A stretch of DNA of 64,000 nucleotides, taken from NCBI GenBank assembly GCA_026387435.1, contig JAPLLS010000093.1, positions 1,059-65,058 of the forward strand, read 5' to 3'. The position numbers were made by a program, and so were the translations under genes. This stretch comes from Candidatus Omnitrophota bacterium (GTDB lineage Bacteria > Omnitrophota > Gorgyraeia > Gygaellales > Profunditerraquicolaceae). Of this stretch, positions 18,444 to 28,649 are shown piece after piece (within the stretch, counting starts at the first letter, position 1; every line of letters starts with the position of its first letter). The notes under the pieces were generated by a model. It was not told where the DNA came from and did no database searches. It saw only the letters and a program-made list of their open reading frames with translations.

Positions 18444-19832
18444 ATGACCAAAGACGGTTTGCTGGATACAATTGCGGCTGTTGCTACATCTGTCGGAGTT
18501 GCCGGCATAGGAATCGTGCGCATCAGCGGAAAAGATGCCCTGGTTATCGCGGACAAGATCTTTGTGCCCCGGGACAAAACCAGGGTTTTTGATTTTAAGG
18601 CCTATACTTTGCATTACGGCTGGATTGTTCATCCCTCCGAAAAAACGATTGTGGACGAGGTTCTTCTTGGGGTTATGAGGGCTCCCCGAAGCTATACTCG
18701 CGAGGATGTAGTGGAGATCAATTGTCACGGTGGAATTGTCGCGGTCCGGGCGGTGCTGGAACTGGCCCTGGAAAACGGCTGCCGGCTGGCTAACCCTGGA
18801 GAGTTTACTAAAAGGGCTTTTTTAAACGGCAGGATCGATCTCTCTCAGGCGGAAGCGGTGTTGGATATTATTCAAGCCAAGACCGACGCGGCGCTAAAAC
18901 TGGGCTCAGAACAACTAAGGGGAACTTTATCCGCCGGGTTAAAAAAAATCCGCAAAATTATCCTGGACCAGCTGGTTGTCTTGGAGGCGAACATCGATTT
19001 TCCGGAAGAAGAAATTGGCTCTGCGGATTTAAGGATTATCCGCAAGAGATTGGGAGAGGCGAATTCCCTGCTCAAGGATCTATTGTATAGTTCCGGCCAG
19101 GGAAGAATAATGCGTGAGGGTATCAGTGTGGTTATTTGCGGAAAACCTAATGCCGGCAAATCCTCGCTTCTAAACGCCCTGCTTAAGCAGGAGCGCTCGA
19201 TCGTGACCGCCGTAGCCGGGACCACCCGGGATACTATCGAAGAAATAATCGATATCCAAGGAATTCCGGTGAGGATCGTTGATACCGCAGGCATCCTCGA
19301 ACCCCGCGATCTGGTGGAAAAAAAAGCGATCCAGAGGACCAAAAGATATATTGACCTGGCCGATCTGGTGATCGTCATTTTTGACGGCTCCCGGTCTCTT
19401 TCGGCCGATGACCGGTTGTTGATTAAAAGAGTGAAGAACAAATTGGCCTTGGCGGTGATCAATAAAATAGATCTTTTGCCCAAGATCAATGAGAAGGCGG
19501 TACAAGTTAATTTTAAACAGACGATCAGGATCTCGGCCAAGAAAATGCGCAATATCGGGCTCCTGGAAGAAGCGATTGCCGAGTTGGTCTATAAAGGCCG
19601 CTTGAGATCGACCGAATCAATACTGGTCAGCAATATCCGGCACATCGAGAAAATCAAAAAAGCGCAAAAATTAATTGCCGAATCGCTCTCTTCGCTGGAT
19701 AATAAGATATCTATTGAATTTGTCTCCCAGAATATAAAAGATGCCATCGGTTACCTGGATGATATTCTGGGAAAGAAGTTTTCCGAGGATCTGCTGGACA
19801 GGATTTTCAGCAGGTTTTGTATCGGCAAGTAA
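18444..19832 (+). CDS. mnmE: tRNA modification GTPase MnmE
   Basis: DTIAAVAT, SYTREDVVEINCHGG, GKPNAGKSS, GTTRD, DTAG, C-terminal FCIGK; start set at ATG 18444 after the folC stop. Confidence 0.97.
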   Translation: MTKDGLLDTIAAVATSVGVAGIGIVRISGKDALVIADKIFVPRDKTRVFDFKAYTLHYGWIVHPSEKTIVDEVLLGVMRAPRSYTREDVVEINCHGGIVAVRAVLELALENGCRLANPGEFTKRAFLNGRIDLSQAEAVLDIIQAKTDAALKLGSEQLRGTLSAGLKKIRKIILDQLVVLEANIDFPEEEIGSADLRIIRKRLGEANSLLKDLLYSSGQGRIMREGISVVICGKPNAGKSSLLNALLKQERSIVTAVAGTTRDTIEEIIDIQGIPVRIVDTAGILEPRDLVEKKAIQRTKRYIDLADLVIVIFDGSRSLSADDRLLIKRVKNKLALAVINKIDLLPKINEKAVQVNFKQTIRISAKKMRNIGLLEEAIAELVYKGRLRSTESILVSNIRHIEKIKKAQKLIAESLSSLDNKISIEFVSQNIKDAIGYLDDILGKKFSEDLLDRIFSRFCIGK

Positions 19833-19854
19833 GTTATTATAAATAGGAGAATAA

Positions 19855-20409
19855 ATGGATAAAAAGAAAATAGAAAAATCGGTCAAACTCTTGCTGGAAG
19901 CGATAGGCGAAGACCTTAATCGCCGGGATATTGCCGCTACTCCTAGAAGGGTTGCAGAGATGTACGAAGAAATCTTTTGGGGGTTGACTAAGGATCCGGC
20001 CAAGGAGCTGGAAGTTGTCCTCGATCAGAAACACAATGAGATTGTTCTCTTAAAGGATATCCCGCTCTACAGCATGTGCGAGCATCACCTGCTCCCTTTT
20101 ATAGGTAAAGCCCACGTTGCCTATATTCCCAAGAAAGGAAGGGTCACCGGCTTAAGCAAGCTCGCGCGCGTGGTGGAGATCCTTTCGCGCCGGCCGCAGG
20201 TCCAGGAACGCTTGACCACCCAGATCGCGGATATAATAATGTCAAAACTCAAGCCCCAGGGCTGCATGGTGGTTATAGAGGCGGAGCATTTGTGTATGTC
20301 GATGCGGGGGATCAAGAAACCCGGAATTCTGACCGTGACATCGGCGGTAAGAGGGATATTCCAGGAGAATGAGAAGACCCGTTCGGAAACCCTGTCTTTA
20401 ATGAAATAG
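19855..20409 (+). CDS. folE: GTP cyclohydrolase I
   Basis: [38 protein letters not shown]. Confidence 0.97.
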   Translation: MDKKKIEKSVKLLLEAIGEDLNRRDIAATPRRVAEMYEEIFWGLTKDPAKELEVVLDQKHNEIVLLKDIPLYSMCEHHLLPFIGKAHVAYIPKKGRVTGLSKLARVVEILSRRPQVQERLTTQIADIIMSKLKPQGCMVVIEAEHLCMSMRGIKKPGILTVTSAVRGIFQENEKTRSETLSLMK

Positions 20410-20455
20410 GATAAAAAATGTTAATTTTATTTTAAATAATAGTATAATATAAATA

Positions 20456-20869
20456 ATGAAAGACAAGCATAGTTCAGAAGTGATTTATGCCCTGGCGGAC
20501 TACAAACAGCTGGTTCTGGCTTACCGGACCAAGCATTCGGAATTGATTAAATCTCTGACTTTCTGGAAAACCTCCGTTGTCTGGCTTTCGGTTTTTACGG
20601 GCTTGTTCGTTTTGGTGATGATCTCCTGGATGCTGGAAAACGGCAAAGAGTCAGAGAGCAGCAGAAAGAACATGGAAATCATTAATGCCCGGGCCAACGC
20701 CGTTTCCGAGAAACTGACCAGGATCGAAGATGAGTTTTCCCGGACCAAGGAGGAACTGAAGAAAAAAGAGGAACTGATCAGAAGTTTAGAGAAGAACATT
20801 TCGACGGCATCCAAGAAATTACTGGAAAAATTACTGGATGAACAGGAAGAAGCAGCAGCAACCAAGTAA
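20456..20869 (+). CDS. Hypothetical single-TM coiled-coil protein
   Basis: One hydrophobic helix (VVWLSVFTGLFVLVMISW) followed by heptads; TATAAT 7 nt upstream of the ATG. Confidence 0.6.
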   Translation: MKDKHSSEVIYALADYKQLVLAYRTKHSELIKSLTFWKTSVVWLSVFTGLFVLVMISWMLENGKESESSRKNMEIINARANAVSEKLTRIEDEFSRTKEELKKKEELIRSLEKNISTASKKLLEKLLDEQEEAAATK

Positions 20870-20886
20870 TATACCCGGAGGATATT

Positions 20887-21294
20887 GTGGCGGACAAGAT
20901 TTATAGCAGTGAGCAGCGCAGATTTAAACGGATAAAGATCAACCTTTCGGTTGTTTTTCGCCTGGCCCGGCCTGCGGCTATTCGCTTGTTGGTCGGCAAT
21001 AAGGAGGTCAGGGCCACGATGCTGGATTTAAGCGAGGGGGGGCTATCGGTATTGACCAATTATGATATCCCGAAATCCACGGCCCTGCTTATAAAATTCA
21101 CTTTATTTAAAGTTGAGAATGACGACGTGAGTTTCTACGGCCCCATGGAGATAATCGGAGAAGTCCGCTACAACATGCCGCTGGGCGGAAACGAATACCG
21201 CCTGGGGATTTACTATAAAAAGATAAAAAACCAGGATAAGATCGAAATCGCCAATTTTCTCAAGTTAAAAGCCGCGATGCACTTAACCCCGTAA
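20887..21294 (+). CDS. PilZ domain protein
   Basis: EQRRFKR, DLSEGG, GEVRY, YRLGIYY; GGAGG RBS. Confidence 0.85.
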   Translation: MADKIYSSEQRRFKRIKINLSVVFRLARPAAIRLLVGNKEVRATMLDLSEGGLSVLTNYDIPKSTALLIKFTLFKVENDDVSFYGPMEIIGEVRYNMPLGGNEYRLGIYYKKIKNQDKIEIANFLKLKAAMHLTP

Positions 21295-21422
21295 CCCTTC
21301 CCCCTCTGAAAACGCTTTCAAAAAAAACTGTTTTTGGTATTGTAATTACCCTTTTCATAAGGCATAATTATCTCAACGAACTCTTTAGCGCAAGCTTAAA
21401 TGTCCAATGTGTGAAAGGGGAT

Positions 21423-21755
21423 ATGTCATACGAGGATCGGCGCACTTATGAACGATTTCAGGTAGAAGTTCCCTTGGACTGCTCTGAAGAAAACTGCAAA
21501 GAAGAGCACAATCTCTGCGCTCACGATATAAGCGCGGAAGGTATGGGCGTTATTTCTGATAAGAAATTTCGTCCCGGAGCTGAAGTTAATATGTCGCTTC
21601 ATCTGCCAGGCTTCAACAAAGAATTAACCGCCCAGGGCAAAGTGATCTGGTCCGAAAAATCGGGAGACGGTTTCAGAGTAGGAATAAGTCTGGAGCAGAC
21701 CGGATTAATGGAAGTTTCGACCATCTTGCGCTTCCTGCGCACAAAGCCTTCCTAA
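21423..21755 (+). CDS. PilZ domain protein
   Basis: DRRTYER, DISAEG, GKVIW, FRVGI. Confidence 0.85.
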   Translation: MSYEDRRTYERFQVEVPLDCSEENCKEEHNLCAHDISAEGMGVISDKKFRPGAEVNMSLHLPGFNKELTAQGKVIWSEKSGDGFRVGISLEQTGLMEVSTILRFLRTKPS

Positions 21756-21854
21756 AAAATCATTCCCAACTATATTTTAAAACGGTTCAATCTTTGCTCT
21801 TTAAGTATCTTTAATTTTCTGCTATAATTAATATCATTATCAAGGAGGCAGAGG

Positions 21855-22241
21855 ATGCTTAGAAAAGCGAGGATTTTGGTTATTGACGACGAAGAGGACA
21901 TCTGTCATTTCACCAAAAGTGTTTTAGAGCGGACAGGTAAATTTGAGGTGGCAGTTTCGACTGATTCCGCCAAGGGTATCGCCCTGGCTAAAACCAACCA
22001 ACCGGACCTGGTCATCCTGGATATCAATATGCCTGATATCGACGGGGGAGAGGTTGCCCAGACCCTTCACGAATTTAAATCAACCAGCGATATCCCGATA
22101 ATATTTCTTACCGGACTTCTGAAGAAAGAAGAGATAGAAAATAATTCCGGAAAAATCGGCGCGCATACTTATATCGCTAAACCCGCCAGCCCCCAGGAAC
22201 TTATCGAGAAGATCGAATCCGCACTAAAAATCAGGGATTAA
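21855..22241 (+). CDS. Single-domain response regulator (CheY-like)
   Basis: ILVIDDE, LDINMP, FLTG, AKP. Confidence 0.9.
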   Translation: MLRKARILVIDDEEDICHFTKSVLERTGKFEVAVSTDSAKGIALAKTNQPDLVILDINMPDIDGGEVAQTLHEFKSTSDIPIIFLTGLLKKEEIENNSGKIGAHTYIAKPASPQELIEKIESALKIRD

Positions 22242-23760
22242 CCCGGTCTAAACTCCGGTATTGTATCGCCTCGGAGATGTGCTCTGCTTGTATAATCTGC
22301 TTCCCGTCAAGATCAGTAATGGTCCTGCTTACTTTCAATATTTTGTTATAGGCCCGGGCAGACAGCCCTAATTCCGTCATTGCCGTTTTTAATAGTTCTT
22401 TAGCCGCTACTTCCAAAACACAGTATTTTTTAATTAACCGGTTGTGCATCTGGGCATTAGAGAATATTCCTTCGTTTTTGAACCGGGATCTTTGAATTTT
22501 CCGGGCAATTTCCACCCGGTTCTTGATCGCTGCCGAAGTTTCGGCGTCTTGAGTATCCGTGAGCTCTTTGTATTTAATCGAAGGCAATTCCACGTGAATG
22601 TCGATCCGGTCCAACAGCGGTCCGGAAATTTTAGCCATGTAATTCTGGATCTTAGTGGAGTTGCACCGGCAGGTTTTTTGAGTATCGGTGAAATATCCGC
22701 ACGGGCAGGGGTTCATGGCGCAGACCAGCATGAAATCAGACGGGAAAGTAAAAGATTTGTTTATTCTGGCTATCCGGATCTCGCCGTCTTCCATGGGCTG
22801 CCTTAGTGCTTCCAGGCAGTCACGTCTGAATTCCGGAAGCTCATCGAGGAATAATACTCCTTGGTGGGCCAGGCTTATTTCTCCGGGCTGTGGCATTGAT
22901 CCTCCTCCCACAAGCGCGGCACAAGAAATGGAGTGATGGGGCCACCTGAAAGGATGAACTGTCATTAATCCGTGTTCGGGCTGGATTTTGCCGCTGGCAG
23001 AATGGATTTTAGTTACTTCCAGAGCTTCTTCCAAGGATAAATCCGGCATGATCGTAGGGATCCTTTGGGCCAGCATAGTTTTCCCGCTTCCCGGAGGACC
23101 GATCATCAGCAGGTTGTGGCCACCGGCAACCGCCACTTCCAAGGCTCTTTTAGCGGCATATTGGCCTTTGATCTCCGAAAAATCTTCAACATAGAAGCGC
23201 TTGTCCTGCAATAATTCTTCCAGGTTGCTTTTAAAAGGAGCCAATCCTTCGTGGTTATTCAGAAATTCTACGGTTTGTTTTAAATTCTTCTGCGGCCAGA
23301 TTCGCAATCCGGAGATTATGGCGGCTTCTCTGGCGTTATCTAGCGGCAAGATAAGGTCTTTGGTTTGAGATTTAACCAGGGCCAGGCCTGTAGGAAGGAT
23401 CCCTTTGACCGGCCGTAACGATCCATCTAAGGATAATTCCCCCAGTATGCAAAAATCCCGCAGCCATTGCGGGTTAATCTGTTCCGAGGCAGCCAGGATT
23501 CCCAGGGCAATGGCCAGATCGATCCCGGTACCGTCCTTTTTGATATCTGAAGGAGCCAGGCTAATAGTGATTCTTTCTCCCGGCCATTTGAACCCGGAGT
23601 TTTTGATGGCGGGCTTAACCCGGACCTTGCTTTCTTTTACGGCGGGAGTGGCTAGCCCGACCAGGTTTACAACCGGCAGTCCCCAGGACACATCTACTTC
23701 AGCTTCAATAGGATATGCGTCTATTCCCATCAACCCGTAACTTAAAACCTTGGCTAACAT
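22231..23760 (-). CDS. comM: YifB/ComM Mg-chelatase-like AAA ATPase
   Basis: GPPGSGKTMLA, PHHS, GEISLAHQGVLFLDELPEF, NPCPCG, LLDRID, LSARAY. Confidence 0.93.
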   Translation of the reverse strand: MLAKVLSYGLMGIDAYPIEAEVDVSWGLPVVNLVGLATPAVKESKVRVKPAIKNSGFKWPGERITISLAPSDIKKDGTGIDLAIALGILAASEQINPQWLRDFCILGELSLDGSLRPVKGILPTGLALVKSQTKDLILPLDNAREAAIISGLRIWPQKNLKQTVEFLNNHEGLAPFKSNLEELLQDKRFYVEDFSEIKGQYAAKRALEVAVAGGHNLLMIGPPGSGKTMLAQRIPTIMPDLSLEEALEVTKIHSASGKIQPEHGLMTVHPFRWPHHSISCAALVGGGSMPQPGEISLAHQGVLFLDELPEFRRDCLEALRQPMEDGEIRIARINKSFTFPSDFMLVCAMNPCPCGYFTDTQKTCRCNSTKIQNYMAKISGPLLDRIDIHVELPSIKYKELTDTQDAETSAAIKNRVEIARKIQRSRFKNEGIFSNAQMHNRLIKKYCVLEVAAKELLKTAMTELGLSARAYNKILKVSRTITDLDGKQIIQAEHISEAIQYRSLDRVNP

Positions 23761-23913
23761 ATTTTCTCCTTATGTTTTATTTAGCTTCTACCTATAATAG
23801 ACGGCTAAATTCCAAAAATCTAACATAAATTTTAAAAATTTACCTTAAGTTTAAACTTAAAACTTGCTTTTTGGGTTTACTATTATATAATGATAAGATT
23901 AAGAGAGGGCGCT

Positions 23914-24534
23914 ATGAAGAATATCAAAGTTATTATAATCGCGGTCCTGGCGGGAATAACGTTTTTCTGCGTATATAAATATATCGCTTCGGTTCACGAA
24001 AACAATTCTTTGTCCGCCAACATTCGTCAGCTGAATATAGATGTTCAGGCTCTTGAAGGCGAAAAGAACGGGTTAGTCCAGGATTTCGGCCGGGAAAAAG
24101 AAATAAACAGCGCGCTTAACCAGGATATAACTGGTTTAAAAGATAGCTTAGATCAGAGCAAAGAAAGAATGGCGAAGCTTGAAACTGATTTTCAGGCTTC
24201 CCGGAAGACTATTGAGGATTTGAACTCGGAATTCTCCCTGGTGAAGGCGGAAAATACGGCTTTGCGGGATCAGGTTCAGGGGCTGCAGCTGGATATCAGC
24301 CAGGCTAAAGCGGAAAAAGAACAAATGCAGGTGCGGTTAAGTTCTGTAGCCGAGCTTAAGAAAGCTATTAGAGAACTTCGCCAGAAGGCTCGATTGGCTA
24401 AGAAACAAGTTCAGAATCGGATTAAGGCAATAGAGAAAATAATCTTGGGCAATAGCGGATTCTTAGTTAAAAACGGGAAGTCTACGCTTTCTGGAACAAT
24501 CAAAATTAAGGTAGAACCTTTACCGGGCAGTTGA
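23914..24534 (+). CDS. Hypothetical N-terminally anchored coiled-coil protein
   Basis: N-terminal TM helix, long heptad repeat, C-terminal GNSGFLVKNG motif. Confidence 0.6.
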   Translation: MKNIKVIIIAVLAGITFFCVYKYIASVHENNSLSANIRQLNIDVQALEGEKNGLVQDFGREKEINSALNQDITGLKDSLDQSKERMAKLETDFQASRKTIEDLNSEFSLVKAENTALRDQVQGLQLDISQAKAEKEQMQVRLSSVAELKKAIRELRQKARLAKKQVQNRIKAIEKIILGNSGFLVKNGKSTLSGTIKIKVEPLPGS

Positions 24535-24536
24535 TA

Positions 24537-24983
24537 ATGCAAGAAATTTTTTCGCAGATGTACCGTAATAAGATTTTCATGGTTACCCTGTCCAGCTGGG
24601 TGATCGCTCAGTCCGTTAAGGTGGTGATCGGTGTTATTCAGGAGCGCAGATTTGATTTCCGCTGGTTTGTGGGGACCGGGGGAATGCCCTCCAGCCATTC
24701 TGCCGGCGCTTCCTGCCTGGCCACGGTCGTAGGCATTAACTATGGATTTGACAGCGTTTATTTCGCCCTGGCCGCAGCGTTTTCTATAGTAGTCATGTTC
24801 GATGCCCAAGGTGTGCGCCGGGCAACCGGAAGACAGGCCCGCATCCTCAACCGGATCATGGAAGACATTTATTGGAAAGGTAAGATCCAGGAAGGAAGGC
24901 TGCGTGAGCTTGTCGGTCATACCCCCCTGGAAGTGATCATGGGTTTTCTTTTAGGCATACTTATCGCGGTAATCGCTTATTAA
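24537..24983 (+). CDS. Divergent PAP2 family (DUF212) membrane protein
   Basis: GGMPSSHSA, VMFDAQGVRR, LRELVGHTPLEV. Confidence 0.92.
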   Translation: MQEIFSQMYRNKIFMVTLSSWVIAQSVKVVIGVIQERRFDFRWFVGTGGMPSSHSAGASCLATVVGINYGFDSVYFALAAAFSIVVMFDAQGVRRATGRQARILNRIMEDIYWKGKIQEGRLRELVGHTPLEVIMGFLLGILIAVIAY

Positions 24984-25004
24984 TTCGGTAAAGGAGGATT
25001 TCCG

Positions 25005-25811
25005 GTGAATAAGAAACTGATTTTGATCATTGTCCCGGCAGCCGTTATCATTGCTGTTGCCGTTGTTTTTTATATGAACAGGGGCGGTTCGGTAGTGATC
25101 CAGCAGCCCCAGGTTTCCGCGCTTTCCGCTGACGCCAAGAAAATGGAGGAAGGCGGCGACCTGGTTTCCGCCAGGGCCGCTTATCAGAAACTGATCAATG
25201 ATTATTCCAACTCCCGGGAAGTTATGGACTGGCAGAAGAGGTTCGAGGATTTGAATATCAGGCTGTTGTTCTCCCCGGTCATCACTTCGAAGTCGATAGA
25301 ATACGAGATCAAACCCGGGGATTCCCTGGATAAGATCGCCAGAGAGTACAAGACTACAGTTGAATTAATAATGAAGAGCAACAATCTTTCCAGTGAGAAT
25401 ATCTTCCCGGGGAAAAAGATCAAGGTCTGGACCGCGCCTTTTAGCATCGTAGTGGACAAATCTCAGAATACCCTGATCTTAAAAAGCAATGAAGAAGTAA
25501 TCAAAACCTACATCGTGGCCACCGGGCTGAACAATTCTACGCCCGTGGGGACTTTTAAAATTATCGAAAAAATCGTTAATCCGCCCTGGTACAAGCCGGG
25601 GGGAGGGATGATTCCCGCCGGGAACCCCCAGAATATCCTGGGCGCCCGCTGGCTGGGCCTGGATAAAGAAGGTTATGGTATCCACGGCACAACCGACCCG
25701 CAGAGTCTCGGTAAACAGGCTACTGCCGGATGCGTTCGTATGCTCAATGCCGAAGTGGAACAGCTATACAGTATCGTCCCCAAAGGCACGGAAGTGACGA
25801 TTGTAGATTAA
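25005..25811 (+). CDS. LysM-containing L,D-transpeptidase (YkuD)
   Basis: LysM (YEIKPGDSLDKIA), IHGT and GCVRM catalytic motifs. Confidence 0.92.
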   Translation: MNKKLILIIVPAAVIIAVAVVFYMNRGGSVVIQQPQVSALSADAKKMEEGGDLVSARAAYQKLINDYSNSREVMDWQKRFEDLNIRLLFSPVITSKSIEYEIKPGDSLDKIAREYKTTVELIMKSNNLSSENIFPGKKIKVWTAPFSIVVDKSQNTLILKSNEEVIKTYIVATGLNNSTPVGTFKIIEKIVNPPWYKPGGGMIPAGNPQNILGARWLGLDKEGYGIHGTTDPQSLGKQATAGCVRMLNAEVEQLYSIVPKGTEVTIVD

Positions 25812-25833
25812 CCCTAACAATTAAAATAGACAT

Positions 25834-26799
25834 ATGGCCGGACTTGATTTCGAAAAACCGATTGTTGATCTGGAAAAAAAGATCCAAGAGCTCCAGAATT
25901 TCTCCAAAGAGAAGCACGTTGACCTCTCTTTGGAGGTAAAAAAACTCCAAGGTAAACTGGAGGGGCTCAAAAAAGATATCTATGCTAACCTATCTCCCTG
26001 GCAGAAAGTTCAGATCGCCCGCCATCCGCAGCGCCCGTATACCATGGATTATATTTCTTTGATCATGACCGATTTTATCGAATTGCACGGGGACCGGTTG
26101 TTTGCCGACGATAAGGCTCTGGTGGGAGGATTAGCTAAGATCGGGGATATTAAAGTGCTGGTTATGGGTCACCAGAAAGGCCGCGATATCAAAGAGAATC
26201 TTAAGCGGAACTTCGGTTGCGCTCATCCCGAAGGGTACCGTAAAGCTCTTCGCCTTATGCAAATGGCTCAGGATTTTAGCTTGCCGATAGTGGTTTTCAT
26301 CGATACTCCCGGCGCATACCCGGGAATAGGCGCGGAAGAGCGCGGCCAGGCTCAGGCGATCGCCACCAATTTAAGAGAAATGATCTCTATTTCAACGCCC
26401 ATTATTTCCATAATAATCGGCGAGGGGGGCTCAGGCGGAGCTTTGGGTGTCGCTATTGCCGACAAGGTCTGCGTTTTGGAAAACGCTTATTATTCTGTTA
26501 TCTCTCCTGAGGGCTGCGCGGCTATCCTTTGGAAAGACAGCTCTAAGGCTCCGGAAGCCGCGGAGGCGCTGAAATTAACCGCCCAGGACCTGCTGAAAAT
26601 GGGACTGATCGACGAGATCGCTCCCGAGCCTCAGGGCGGAGCCCACCGTGACCCTCAGAAAATGGCCCAAACGCTCAAAGAGGTAATCCTGGAAAACCTC
26701 AAAGAGTTATCTAAAGAAAAAAAAGAAGAGCTTCTCAAGTCCCGGTACAATAAATTCCGGGCCATGGGGCAAATCGGCCCGGCTTCTCCCGCCCAATAA
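25834..26799 (+). CDS. accA: Acetyl-CoA carboxylase carboxyltransferase alpha
   Basis: LDFEKPI, ARHPQRP, ELHGDR, DTPGAYPG, GEGGSGGAL, SVISPEGCA. Confidence 0.97.
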   Translation: MAGLDFEKPIVDLEKKIQELQNFSKEKHVDLSLEVKKLQGKLEGLKKDIYANLSPWQKVQIARHPQRPYTMDYISLIMTDFIELHGDRLFADDKALVGGLAKIGDIKVLVMGHQKGRDIKENLKRNFGCAHPEGYRKALRLMQMAQDFSLPIVVFIDTPGAYPGIGAEERGQAQAIATNLREMISISTPIISIIIGEGGSGGALGVAIADKVCVLENAYYSVISPEGCAAILWKDSSKAPEAAEALKLTAQDLLKMGLIDEIAPEPQGGAHRDPQKMAQTLKEVILENLKELSKEKKEELLKSRYNKFRAMGQIGPASPAQ

Positions 26800-26846
26800 C
26801 CATCTCCGTAATTCCTATTTATTAAATCCCGATAACCTAAAAAAAC

Positions 26847-26874
26847 TTGACAAAAGTAATTAATGTGGTATATT
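26847..26874 (+). promoter_or_regulatory. sigma70-type promoter of the MarR-RND operon
   Basis: TTGACA-16bp-(TG)TATATT; AT-rich imperfect palindrome TTAAGTATATTAA downstream, a possible MarR operator. Confidence 0.55.
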
Positions 26875-26922
26875 TTTAATAGAATTGATAGTTAAGTATA
26901 TTAATAATTAAGGAGGTTTAAG

Positions 26923-27381
26923 ATGACTCCTATACCTATAACCGAATTCGCCGATAAGCTTAGTAAGTTGATGCCGGAGATCGCCAGGGGCACTCTCCGG
27001 CGCGAGGCGTTTGAATTGTCCAGCGGGCACATAACTTTGCCGCAATTCGTTATCTTAAATATGCTGGATAGAGAAGAGGAGCTTCGGATGACGGATATTG
27101 CCCGCGCTCTGGGAGTGACTACCGCGGCGGCCACGGGCATTGTCGACAGGCTGGTGAAATCTTCCTACGCGCAACGCGTTTATGACGCCAATGACAGAAG
27201 GATAATCAAGATCCGGCTCAGCCTTAAAGGCCGGGATCTGGTTCAGAGGGTCAATAAACATAAAAAGCAGAATATAATCGAGATATTCGGCAAGATCCCT
27301 TCCGAAGACCGTGACAGTTTTCTTAAAATACTGATGAAGGTTCACGAGATCGTGACCCAGGACAAGGAACCAGCTAAATAA
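26923..27381 (+). CDS. MarR family transcriptional regulator
   Basis: ITLPQFVIL, MTDIARALGVT, IVDRLVK, DRR wing motif. Confidence 0.92.
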   Translation: MTPIPITEFADKLSKLMPEIARGTLRREAFELSSGHITLPQFVILNMLDREEELRMTDIARALGVTTAAATGIVDRLVKSSYAQRVYDANDRRIIKIRLSLKGRDLVQRVNKHKKQNIIEIFGKIPSEDRDSFLKILMKVHEIVTQDKEPAK

Positions 27382-28649
27382 TGAAGAAAATCATTATTTT
27401 TTCAATCGCGGTTTTTTTTATTCTATTTTCTGTTCTCGCTTTAAGGGCGGAAGAGATCTCTTTGTCTTTAGATGAGGTGGTGAGTATCGCTCTTCGGGAT
27501 AATCCGGATGTCCGGCTCAAGGTTGAAGATGTTAAGAAGGCCAAGGCTAAGATCAACGAGGCCAGGTCAGCGCTGTTTCCTTCTTTAAACCTCGGCGCAG
27601 GATGGAGTGATACTCGGGGATTATATTCCAAAGACGTGAGCGGATTTTCCGGCCAGGCCGGAGTAAGCCAGGTTATTTATGCGGGCGGTCGAGTGATTAA
27701 CACCATCAAAGCCGGAGAGGATAATTATCTGGCAACCCAAGCGGTGCTGGATAAAGCCAAACTCGATACGGTGGCTAGCGTCAAACAAGCCTATTATACC
27801 ATTTTACTGGCGGAGAAACTGGCAGGAATCAATAAGGCGATAGTCGAGAATACCAGGGAGCACCAGGAATTTATCCAGGCGCGCTATTTGGCGGGCCAGG
27901 TTTCCGAATCTGAATCGATCAAGATGCGTTCGGCTCTGGCCGGTGTAGTCCAGGCGTATGAAGCGGCATTGAACCAACTTGAATCATCCCGGGCGTTACT
28001 GAATAATCTGCTCTTCTTGGATAACCAGATACAGATCGATCTATCGGGCGATTTTAGTTACTCGCCTTTAGAGGTTGTTTACGATGAGGCTTTTTTGAAA
28101 GCTTTACGATCTCGTCCGGAGATCCGCCAATTGGAAGCCCAGAAAAATGCCGCGGGAAAGAATGTCGAGATCGCCAAGTCCGGGAACCGGCCGCAGGTGG
28201 CCGCTGCCTGGGATTATTACAGCAATTCTCGCCAGCCCAGTACCGCCGCCCGCAATCAGAATGATTACAATGTCCTGGGGGTCAGCGTCAGCTGGCCGGT
28301 CTTCGACGGAAGATTGACCCGTTCCAAGGTGGAGCAGGCGATCATTGATCTAAAAGAAATGCAGTTATTGAAAGAAAAGGCGGTCAGGGACATCGTCCTG
28401 GAATTAAAGACCGCTTACCTGGCGCTTAAAGACGCCATCGAGAAAACCAGATCTGTTGCCGAGGAAGTCGCGGTTTACAAAGATAACCTTTCGGTCATCG
28501 AAGAAAAACATAAATCAGGAATAGTTAGCGGCCTTGACCTGCACGACGCCCAATTAAGCTGCAGCGTGGCTTTATTCGGCCAGGCTCAGGCGGATTACGA
28601 CTATCTCATAGCTAAAGCGCGGTTCGAAAGGGCCGTAGGAGGAAAATAA
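27381..28649 (+). CDS. TolC family outer membrane efflux protein
   Basis: Signal peptide, LSLDE...ALRDNP, FPSLNL, two OEP repeats, VSWPVFDG. Confidence 0.9.
   Translation: MKKIIIFSIAVFFILFSVLALRAEEISLSLDEVVSIALRDNPDVRLKVEDVKKAKAKINEARSALFPSLNLGAGWSDTRGLYSKDVSGFSGQAGVSQVIYAGGRVINTIKAGEDNYLATQAVLDKAKLDTVASVKQAYYTILLAEKLAGINKAIVENTREHQEFIQARYLAGQVSESESIKMRSALAGVVQAYEAALNQLESSRALLNNLLFLDNQIQIDLSGDFSYSPLEVVYDEAFLKALRSRPEIRQLEAQKNAAGKNVEIAKSGNRPQVAAAWDYYSNSRQPSTAARNQNDYNVLGVSVSWPVFDGRLTRSKVEQAIIDLKEMQLLKEKAVRDIVLELKTAYLALKDAIEKTRSVAEEVAVYKDNLSVIEEKHKSGIVSGLDLHDAQLSCSVALFGQAQADYDYLIAKARFERAVGGK

Noticed and set aside
22231-23760. comM as a mobile-element insertion hotspot
   Set aside because: Gene is full length and uninterrupted
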